Origin: a virus | Lineage: Duplodnaviria; Caudoviricetes | Virus record (IMG/VR): IMGVR_UViG_3300037484_000729 | Location: 1 to 25,275 of that record | DNA: 25,275 nucleotides | Reading direction: 5' to 3' (one strand) | Part shown: positions 8,843 to 15,405 of the stretch, piece by piece | Layout: every line of letters begins with the position of its first letter | Numbering within the stretch: the first letter of the stretch is position 1 | Position numbers and translations under genes: made by a program | Notes under the pieces: generated by a model | Seen by the model: only the letters and a program-made list of their open reading frames with translations | What the model was told of the DNA's origin: nothing | Database searches by the model: none

Positions 8843-9504
8843 TTGATTTCCTTCAGTTTCTCATGGCGCTTGGCAGGAGATGTGACCAAGAACTTTCTGT
8901 CTCCTGCCTGCAGGATGGAAGGATCCGGATAGTCTTTTCCCGGCTTGCTGAATCGATATGTTGGGCGGTTACCGTTTGACCGCGGGTTGTCAGAATTCAT
9001 CTTCCCGCGTTCCGTGCCGATACTGACAGGCACATTATCGAAAGTATTGGCCAGCAAAACAACCAGCTTGCCATTGCTCTCGGAAACAGGTTTCCACAGT
9101 ATCGCTACCTCTTTTCCGGTGTACTGGTAAGTGGGTAGCGATACTTCCCCGTTGTTTTCTATTGTTGGTGTTTCCGGCACTGCAGGTTGTGGCTCAATAA
9201 TTGGGGGTTCTTCTGTTGGCGCAGAAGAACCCCCGCCCCCTGGTACTGGAGGTGCCGTGGAAGCCTGTGGTGTGGAGGTTGGCATTGGGCTTTGAAAAAG
9301 TGTTTTGGTAAAGGAATCGTACATGGTGACAAGCTGGGACCAGATCCCGACATCGGTCAGTACCCTTCCTTCATAGGTGGTGGCGCTGACTCCTGCAGGA
9401 TTGGTGGCTGTTTCGTATCTGACAGCACAGCGGGGCAGGGTAAATATAATCATCAGAAATGAGAGCAGCAGGGCATGTCTTTTCACTTTTTCCCTCCGGA
9501 GCAT
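8839..9504 (-). CDS. Secreted/lipoprotein with Pro-rich linker, first late gene
   Basis: Basic N-terminus, hydrophobic stretch ending in Cys, then P/T/S-rich linker and a globular C-terminus. Confidence 0.65.
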   Translation of the reverse strand: MLRREKVKRHALLLSFLMIIFTLPRCAVRYETATNPAGVSATTYEGRVLTDVGIWSQLVTMYDSFTKTLFQSPMPTSTPQASTAPPVPGGGGSSAPTEEPPIIEPQPAVPETPTIENNGEVSLPTYQYTGKEVAILWKPVSESNGKLVVLLANTFDNVPVSIGTERGKMNSDNPRSNGNRPTYRFSKPGKDYPDPSILQAGDRKFLVTSPAKRHEKLKEIK

Positions 9505-9556
9505 GGATTGATTGCGTTACATAGTATGCTTTGGATATACAGAAAGAGGAAAAAAA

Positions 9557-9584
9557 TGGTTATGTGATCGGTGTCACATAACCA
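9557..9584. promoter_or_regulatory. Dyad activator site of the late (lysis) promoter
   Basis: Perfect TGGTTATGTGA-N6-TCACATAACCA. -10-like TACTAT on minus strand at 9521-9526, no good -35. Confidence 0.6.
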
Positions 9585-9618
9585 GCAGGGGTGTCGATCA
9601 GGGTATGGTGGGGGGTTC

Positions 9619-9650
9619 TTCAGTGACCCGCTGGGAAGCGGATCACTGAA
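9619..9650 (-). other. 14-bp RNA hairpin downstream of csf3
   Basis: Minus strand TTCAGTGATCCGCT-TCCC-AGCGGGTCACTGAA (one G-U pair), no 3' U-tract. Confidence 0.55.
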
Positions 9651-9706
9651 AAGTGGAGAGAGAAAAAAGAGTTAAAAATTATTACAGGGCGGTTAAGGCT
9701 CACTGG

Positions 9707-10342
9707 TTAGGCCAATAAATCCCCGACCTCTCGGCATCGTATCCGGTCGATCCGGTTCCAGTATGGCGGCATCGAACGCACCAGACGAGTCCCGTTATGA
9801 TCAGGCAGCCAGCGCATAGCCTGGCCATCACGGACAAGGCTCCAGTCTTCCGGCGTCTCCTCGACTTCGATAGAGACGATCCGTCCGTGTCCGTACGCAC
9901 GTTTCTTGCCGAGGTAGCGCAATTGCTTCTTGAGCACCTTCTTGCATTCCCCACGATTGCCGCTGGCAAAAGCCACCATCCTGGGACAAAGCAAAAGCGG
10001 CATGGGCGCGTTCCAGTCCCGGTAAGTGCCATTGGTCAATACCGGTGCGCCGGTACTTAGGTCAGCGCGGCCCTGGCGGAAACGCTTACGCCAGAACTGG
10101 AGGTCTTCCCCTTGCTGCCCATCCGGGAACAGGGCCGAGGCATGCCATACCTTAACGCCATCGATCCTGGAGTTGATCAACGGCAGGGCCACAAACTCAG
10201 GCACATCGTCGCGGCCAAGTTCCTTATTTTTGCATTGCATGGGGGCCAGGCACCAGGCCAGTAAGGCGTCAAGGTGCAGTGGCTCGGATGGATCATAACA
10301 GACCCCTGAGCCGTCAAGATGGAAAATCACTTTAAAGTTCAT
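9707..10342 (-). CDS. csf3: Type IV CRISPR-associated Csf3 (Cas5-like RAMP)
   Basis: 'LHLDALLAW', 'LPL...WHAS', G-loop 'LGKKRAYGHGRI', C-terminal 'MRWLP...PPYW'. Confidence 0.9.
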   Translation of the reverse strand: MNFKVIFHLDGSGVCYDPSEPLHLDALLAWCLAPMQCKNKELGRDDVPEFVALPLINSRIDGVKVWHASALFPDGQQGEDLQFWRKRFRQGRADLSTGAPVLTNGTYRDWNAPMPLLLCPRMVAFASGNRGECKKVLKKQLRYLGKKRAYGHGRIVSIEVEETPEDWSLVRDGQAMRWLPDHNGTRLVRSMPPYWNRIDRIRCREVGDLLA

Positions 10343-11016
10343 GCCAATCCCCTTTGACGCCAGAGATCACGCATCTCGGCGGCATCTGTTGAGTTCATTA
10401 GGTCAAGCGCCCTCTCGGTGTAGGATCCTGGCCTGCAGCCGGTTGAGGTGCGCACCTCCAAGCCAAAGCGCCGGTATGGTGACAGTAGTGGCAACTCATA
10501 CCTAGCAATATAGGCCGCCAGGTCGGCAACTGTCCACCAGGCCATGGGGTAACAGCGGCTACGGCCATCGGCCAGGAGCTTGCAACGTCCGTGGTCTAAG
10601 GTCTTGCATAAGGCCATCCTGCCCTTGCTCTCCTCGGCAGCGATGCCGACAATCTGGCCTCCATGGTGGTGGCTATTGTCATATTCGGCAATCGCCTCTT
10701 TAAGCGACAGTGCGCGGGGCCACTCCAGATAGTTCAAGGGCCAGCGGCCCATGAAGGCCTCTTTAACGGCCATAAAATCACCCAACAACTCGGCATCCTC
10801 CCCGGTCCAGTGCACACAGAGGGTGTGCGGCCGATGAATGGCCACCACATGGGCCAAGATGATAGACTGCTTACCCCAGGACAACGAGAGATATGGGCTT
10901 TCAATTCGATCTATAAACCGGCAGACGTTGGTTATCAGCGCGGTTTCCTTGCCCCGATATTGTGGCAGGTTGGCCATGATCCGGCCATCTGCCAATTGGT
11001 CATCCAGCTTGCTCAC
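10339..11016 (-). CDS. cysH: CysH/PAPS-reductase-like protein (type IV-B accessory)
   Basis: PP-loop variant 'SLSWGKQS', 'GIAAEES..R', 'CYPMAWWTVADL.AYI....LP....Y'. Confidence 0.85.
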   Translation of the reverse strand: MSKLDDQLADGRIMANLPQYRGKETALITNVCRFIDRIESPYLSLSWGKQSIILAHVVAIHRPHTLCVHWTGEDAELLGDFMAVKEAFMGRWPLNYLEWPRALSLKEAIAEYDNSHHHGGQIVGIAAEESKGRMALCKTLDHGRCKLLADGRSRCYPMAWWTVADLAAYIARYELPLLSPYRRFGLEVRTSTGCRPGSYTERALDLMNSTDAAEMRDLWRQRGLA

Positions 11017-11671
11017 TCTTTAGCTCCTCTTGGCTCGGTAACAGGTAGCACATAAAGGCGTAGAGCGCCGACTTGTACCGTGGCCGAGCCCACTCATCGA
11101 ACGCCAGCCACTCCTTAATGCCGTTTTTCTTAATCAACCACGGGGGGCAATTAAGGGACTCGATCACCGAGCGGCCAAATCCTTGCCGCAGTACGGCATT
11201 AAGCCGTTGCCATACCTCTTGCATTTGACCGCTGTCCGAGCAATCGACCAAGCGAGATTCGAAGAGCCATACCATTTGCCCTGGGCCATTGACCCTGGCC
11301 CGCATCGCGCCGTGTTTTTTGTAGCTGGTGGTAGCGTAAGCGGTCCACGGATCGGAAGGGGCCGGGCCAAAGACAGCAGCCCGCACCCCTTGCCGGTCAA
11401 GGCGCTGGAAAGTATGGCCATCGCAGATCCAGGAGCTCATACGCTCCCACTTATAGGCCAAGGCGGTGTAGGCCTCGACGCTCACTCGGTCAGACTGAGG
11501 GGCCTTTAGTAAGGCCCCATCGGTAAAAGACTTGCCGAGCAACTCCTTGCGCGGGATGGTGGCGCCCTCGTCGCCCGTCACGGCGCATATGCCCGTGGCT
11601 ATGGCCACTGGCAAAGCAGGGCAATCCTCAAGGCTATAAATCGCTTGCGCTATCAGTTGCACCGGGTGCAT
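11000..11671 (-). CDS. csf1: Type IV CRISPR-associated Csf1 (Cas8-like)
   Basis: 'GICAVTG...GKSFTD..LL.AP.S', 'P..P......TTSYKKH', and its position in the operon. Confidence 0.8.
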   Translation of the reverse strand: MHPVQLIAQAIYSLEDCPALPVAIATGICAVTGDEGATIPRKELLGKSFTDGALLKAPQSDRVSVEAYTALAYKWERMSSWICDGHTFQRLDRQGVRAAVFGPAPSDPWTAYATTSYKKHGAMRARVNGPGQMVWLFESRLVDCSDSGQMQEVWQRLNAVLRQGFGRSVIESLNCPPWLIKKNGIKEWLAFDEWARPRYKSALYAFMCYLLPSQEELKSEQAG

Positions 11672-12887
11672 GGATGGCTCCTATTTCCGTGAGGTAGGCC
11701 TTGATTTCACCTTGATTATTCTCCAGCCAATCTAAATAGGGCTGTTGGTCTGGAGCTCCTTCAATGGCCAGGTCAACCTTTCCCAGGCCCCGGCGGTTTT
11801 CTGCGCCCAGGAATCCACGCTCCTTGAGCAAGGCCAGGCCGCAACCAAGAGAGGAACGCTCCAGGTCATTGGCATGTGTGTCGATGTCAATGCCACCAGT
11901 AAGCACGGCCCCGGCCTTGATGCACTCGGTATTGGCAATCATGCCTGTGTGCTCATCTTCGGCGGTGCGCCCTTCGTAATCCTCGCGGCGGGTCAGGAAG
12001 GTCCACTCCATCAACTCGGCGGCATTAATGGTGCCGGTGCCCCACTCCAGGCAGCGCGGGCGCAAGTCGTTGACGCAAACCCGGCCAGGCAATACTTTGT
12101 TGCCGATGGCCGATCCGAGCAGGGAAAGAGAGGGCAGCATGTCGCGGATACGGCGGATGCCGTCCGTGCGCAGTGATCCGTTTTTGCCAAGCTCCTTGGA
12201 GATGGCATCCATTATCTTGCTTTGCTCCTCAAGTACCCCGCCAGCATATATCACGTGGAAGAACCAAAGCGCCACCGGAGGCTTATCCTTGCGCGGGGTA
12301 AGTCCAAGCGAACGCAAAAGATGGTCAGCCAGAAGGTCTCGGATCTGGCCCCGGATAGCGTTCCCGGCATAAAACGGCAGCTCCATCACTTGGCCGCCTG
12401 GAGTGATCACCTGCCGGCGGCGGAATAGGGTGGCATTTCCGGCCTTGCCATCGGCACCGTGGGCCAATGGTGCCAGCAGTTCGGCGGTAATGGCCACGTC
12501 AAAACTTGGTTTGGTGGCTATGGCCGTATGCTCATCGCCCGAAACTGGCGGCAAGACGATGGAGGCAACGGCCACCTGATAATCATCTTCGTTACGGAGG
12601 GCCGAGATCATGGCGGCAATGCGTGGATGCTTACGCAACCAAGCTAGGATAGCCGGGGCCTGTGCGGAGTTAGCGGACGCCATAAAAGCGGCGGTGCGCT
12701 TTCCACCCACCAACTCAATACTGGAGTCCATGGTCTTGGCCAGCCTCTCGATGGCATCAAGCAAGGTCGGCTCGGATGTTGACTGAACGATGCGGTCGGC
12801 AAAGAAATCGTCAAACGATCTCTTCACCTTGAGTTGCGAGCCCCCCTTAAGGCTCCGCATCATATCAAGGGTAGCGGTAAGTGGCAT
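11634..12887 (-). CDS. csf2: Type IV Csf2 (Cas7-like) with N-terminal helical Cas11-like domain
   Basis: 'PLAHG...GNATLFRR', 'LPFYAGNAIRGQIRD', 'P.LSLLGSAIGN.VLPGR', G-loop 'LGAENRRGLGKV'. About 110 extra helical N-terminal residues. AAGGAG RBS. Confidence 0.9.
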   Translation of the reverse strand: MPLTATLDMMRSLKGGSQLKVKRSFDDFFADRIVQSTSEPTLLDAIERLAKTMDSSIELVGGKRTAAFMASANSAQAPAILAWLRKHPRIAAMISALRNEDDYQVAVASIVLPPVSGDEHTAIATKPSFDVAITAELLAPLAHGADGKAGNATLFRRRQVITPGGQVMELPFYAGNAIRGQIRDLLADHLLRSLGLTPRKDKPPVALWFFHVIYAGGVLEEQSKIMDAISKELGKNGSLRTDGIRRIRDMLPSLSLLGSAIGNKVLPGRVCVNDLRPRCLEWGTGTINAAELMEWTFLTRREDYEGRTAEDEHTGMIANTECIKAGAVLTGGIDIDTHANDLERSSLGCGLALLKERGFLGAENRRGLGKVDLAIEGAPDQQPYLDWLENNQGEIKAYLTEIGAIHAPGATDSASDL

Positions 12888-12916
12888 GGTTTGCTCCTTA
12901 AGTTATGTGCCAAATG

Positions 12917-12993
12917 GCCTAACAAAACGGCTCACGCAGACGGCGGTGAGCCTTCCGATTTTCAATCAAGTTTTGAGGCCGCCGCTGGTGGCC
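12917..12993 (+). other. Degenerate attC-like site (R' lost)
   Basis: GCCTAAC-AAAAC-GGCTCACG-CAGACGGCGG...CCGCCGCT-GGTGGCC; no GTTRRRY follows. Confidence 0.6.
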
Positions 12994-13284
12994 TCAAGTC
13001 TGGTACTTCTTATCTATCGCTTTACCTGTCTCGACGGCTTTATCAAATTCCCTGATTGCCTCAAACCATTTAATCCTACCCGTGATGGTTGAGTTGTCGA
13101 TCTCTTGCATGGCCTTGACCGTCCTATCCATCACCTTTTGTACCTGACTTGTTTTCCGGTCCCACTCAAGGTACTTGAGCCTTCGCAGGAGTTCATCTTT
13201 TTTGTACCGCAGGAAGTACCCTTGCTCTTGGATAAAGGCAATCAGTGTGGCCTTCTCAAAATCATCAAAAACTGTTTTTTTCAT
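12994..13284 (-). CDS. Hypothetical protein
   Basis: 96-aa helical ORF coupled to the upstream ORF, AGGAG RBS. Confidence 0.7.
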   Translation of the reverse strand: MKKTVFDDFEKATLIAFIQEQGYFLRYKKDELLRRLKYLEWDRKTSQVQKVMDRTVKAMQEIDNSTITGRIKWFEAIREFDKAVETGKAIDKKYQT

Positions 13285-13493
13285 TTTCCCGGCACTCCTG
13301 TCATAGCTTTTTCAATTCTTGTCTGCTGGAATTTATCGATCAGTACCTTATTGGATTCCCAGCGGCCATCCGATATGCGGTCCAGAAAATCAATCACATC
13401 ATCAAAACCGGCATAACCAGGCGCTACACCTGGAACCATGGAGCGAGCACTTTCGGCACTTGCCGCCGCTTGTGTTTCCGTCGTTCCAAACAT
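13281..13493 (-). CDS. Hypothetical protein whose RBS and start lie inside an attC site
   Basis: GGAG-aaaaaact-ATG (MFGTTE...) in the attC loop. Stop overlaps the next start. Confidence 0.55.
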   Translation of the reverse strand: MFGTTETQAAASAESARSMVPGVAPGYAGFDDVIDFLDRISDGRWESNKVLIDKFQQTRIEKAMTGVPGK

Positions 13494-13533
13494 AGTTTTT
13501 TCTCCCATGGTTCAGGTGCGCTGATCGTTATGA
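13411..13533 (+). other. attC-like integron recombination site
   Basis: R'' GCATAAC, CAGGC, L'' GCTACACC, stem TGGAACCATGG/CCATGGTTCA, L' GGTGCGC, TGATC, R' GTTATGA. Confidence 0.8.
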
Positions 13534-13668
13534 GGCGTAGCCTTATCGCGTAGCCAAGCCGTCCCGGCATCAATCGCGGCCTGCTCGCTGTCGTGGTAGC
13601 CGCAAGGCAGTTTCCCCACGCCAATCGCGTGCGCTGCGTAGCCAGGCGCCAGCGTTTCCGGGTCGATA
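13532..13668 (+). repeat. 137-bp direct repeat, copy 1 (3' remnant of the gene at 15383-15616)
   Basis: Identical to 15406-15542 except C13549 vs T15423. Confidence 0.97.
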
Positions 13669-13699
13669 AAAAAAAATAAAAAAATATGCAATTTCACCC

Positions 13700-13729
13700 T
13701 TGACTTTTAGGCCCAATGGGCCTAAAAGT
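13700..13729 (+). promoter_or_regulatory. Sigma70-like promoter with overlapping palindromic operator
   Basis: A-tract, then TTGACT-17 bp-TAAAAG. Perfect ACTTTTAGGCCCA-A-TGGGCCTAAAAGT (13703-13729). Confidence 0.75.
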
Positions 13730-13781
13730 AAGTAACAAAGGGAAGGGAATCACCCCGGCCCAAACAACCATGGAGGAAACC

Positions 13782-14078
13782 ATGAAGATCAGCAAAACCC
13801 AACAACGTGTCAATTGGATCAACGACAATCTCCCCGCAATCAAAAAATCCCGCACAAACGATCACAGCCATTGCAAGGGAAAATGCCACAATGGCGCAAC
13901 ATGCCACAATCAGTCGGCCGGCGGGTATGGCTGGTGGGCAAATGCTCTTTCCCAGGCTGGCATAAACTCTGAGCGTCGCAACTACTGGAGCGGTAGCAAT
14001 CCCACTCCATCGACAAGCATCAACAAAGGTATTGCTGAGTACATCAGCAAAAATGCCCCTGCCGAAATCAGGTGGTAA
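13782..14078 (+). CDS. Small Cys/His-cluster hypothetical protein
   Basis: GGAGG RBS. MKISKTQQ...HSHCKGKCHNGATCH, 98 aa. Confidence 0.75.
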   Translation: MKISKTQQRVNWINDNLPAIKKSRTNDHSHCKGKCHNGATCHNQSAGGYGWWANALSQAGINSERRNYWSGSNPTPSTSINKGIAEYISKNAPAEIRW

Positions 14079-14088
14079 ACTGCAAATA

Positions 14089-14113
14089 GCCCCGCTCCGG
14101 CGGGGCATCTTTT
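14089..14113 (+). terminator. Intergenic hairpin/attenuator
   Basis: GCCCCGC-TCCG-GCGGGGC-ATCTTTT. Confidence 0.55.
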
Positions 14114-14129
14114 CACGGAGGAATCTATT

Positions 14130-14540
14130 ATGCAAAAAGAATGTTTTATCTGCGGAGATAACGCTTTTTCGGCTATCGGCGGAGTCCTGCTTTGCCAGGC
14201 ACACCGCGCCGCTGTTATGGCCGAAATTGATACTCTCAGGGCTGCTGGTAAATCGGTTGATGCAACGCGCATAGCTTATGAGATGCGCGAGCCGGAAACA
14301 CCGGCAAAATACGCTCCATCCGCAAAAGCCGTGCATGAGTTTTTGCAGAAGAATAACATTACCGGGAGCGACGCCGCAAGAATGATGTACCTTAGTGGCT
14401 CCAGGCAGGTGAGAAAATACACAGGCGGGCAAAAGCCCAGGCAGATGGATGGCGCAAGATGGTTTTGTTTGCACGCTCATACAATACTCAGCGCAGAAGA
14501 TATTGCAAAAATCGAAACAGCCATGATTTCTAACCTTTAA
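14130..14540 (+). CDS. Zn-finger plus KorC-like HTH repressor
   Basis: N-terminal CxxC...CxxH. 'PSAKAVHEFL....ITGSDAARMMYLSGSRQVRKYTGG.....AxW' resembles the IncP KorC HTH. Confidence 0.7.
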   Translation: MQKECFICGDNAFSAIGGVLLCQAHRAAVMAEIDTLRAAGKSVDATRIAYEMREPETPAKYAPSAKAVHEFLQKNNITGSDAARMMYLSGSRQVRKYTGGQKPRQMDGARWFCLHAHTILSAEDIAKIETAMISNL

Positions 14541-14548
14541 AAGTAGCT

Positions 14549-14612
14549 TTACAACCAGTCGTTTCACCGGATGCCGCAAACAGCGCGGCTCCGGTGAGCT
14601 CTATCGTTAACT
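14549..14612 (+). other. attC-like integron recombination site (64 bp)
   Basis: TTACAAC-CAGTC-GTTTCACC-GGATGCCGCAAACAGCGCGGCTCC-GGTGAGC-TCTATC-GTTAACT; canonical 7-5-8...7-6-7 spacing. Confidence 0.85.
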
Positions 14613-15344
14613 AGCCAACAGATCGACAAACCACACCTTGTCCACCTTGCGGATGTCGATAATACCTATGCTCTCGATGACAAAATCTCTGACGTGTTTG
14701 CGCTTTATCCACCATTGGTCCCCGCCTTGGCTCTCTACCCTCTTTGTTCCCCGGCGGCCTGCTACCAGCCACCCCCGGTCAATCCAACGGGTAACGACCT
14801 TGATGTCAACCCCGAACTCGCTGGCCAGCTGGGTAGCGGTATAATGGTCAATATCGATGGTGTTACACCGCGTCCGCTTACGTTTGACAGCAATGGCGGT
14901 TGCAGTTCTGGCATAACCATTGGCCCGAAAGACGCGGGCTATTATCTCGGGCGTCTTGTGAGCATGTTTTTCGAGCAACTCAATTTCAGCGGCAGACCAT
15001 TGAGGTTCTTTATTTTCGGCCAGGGCAGGTTGGGCCACACCGAGGTGAGAGCCACGTTTTTTTACCCACCAATAGGGACGGCTCAAACGTTTGGCCAACT
15101 TACGGAGTTCCCCTTTTTCTGGTCGGTTGCGGTAGCACTCGGTGATAAGTCGGTCAATTTCCTCTGTTGCCGGCCATGATCCGCGAGGGGCTTTGCGCTC
15201 CACTAGCCCAAGGTTGGCAGCCTGTTGGTATATGGCTCCTTTGGTGCGCCGGGGCAACAATGGCAGGCAGGCTTTCACTCCGCCTATCGGGTAGTGGTTT
15301 TTAACCACCGCCACCTCTTTGTTTGTCCAGTGGTATCGTTCCAT
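14607..15344 (-). CDS. Multi-HTH DNA-binding protein (three Myb/SANT-like repeats plus excisionase/MerR-like wHTH)
   Basis: Repeats 'WT..E...RT..AI' and 'WS..E...RT..AI'. C-terminal 'YTATQLASEFGVD.KVVTRWIDRGWL'. Confidence 0.7.
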   Translation of the reverse strand: MERYHWTNKEVAVVKNHYPIGGVKACLPLLPRRTKGAIYQQAANLGLVERKAPRGSWPATEEIDRLITECYRNRPEKGELRKLAKRLSRPYWWVKKRGSHLGVAQPALAENKEPQWSAAEIELLEKHAHKTPEIIARVFRANGYARTATAIAVKRKRTRCNTIDIDHYTATQLASEFGVDIKVVTRWIDRGWLVAGRRGTKRVESQGGDQWWIKRKHVRDFVIESIGIIDIRKVDKVWFVDLLAS

Positions 15345-15366
15345 CTTTCTCCCCTTAAACGATATT

Positions 15367-15405
15367 GTCTAACCATGCCAATTCAGCGGACGTGCCGCCC
15401 CTCAG
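15367..15405 (+). other. Left half of a truncated attC-like site
   Basis: GTCTAAC-CATGCC-AATTCAGC-GGACG..., joined directly to repeat copy 2. Confidence 0.5.

Noticed and set aside
10339-11016. Auxiliary metabolic sulfate-assimilation cysH or dnd phosphorothioation gene
   Set aside because: Embedded in the csf operon, lacks the ECGLH tail, and no other cys or dnd genes are present.
12902-12908. GTTATGT as an additional attC R' box
   Set aside because: No upstream L' or R'' partner found; it abuts the csf2 RBS.
13636-13649. GCGTAGCCAGGCGC resembles the attC start GCATAACCAGGCGC (both encode APGYA on minus)
   Set aside because: Lacks the AAC core and a matching right arm; likely coincidence.
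13722-14579. 285-aa minus-strand ORF
   Set aside because: Shadow of two plus-strand genes with good RBSs. Its start (RHPVKRLVV) is just reverse-read attC.
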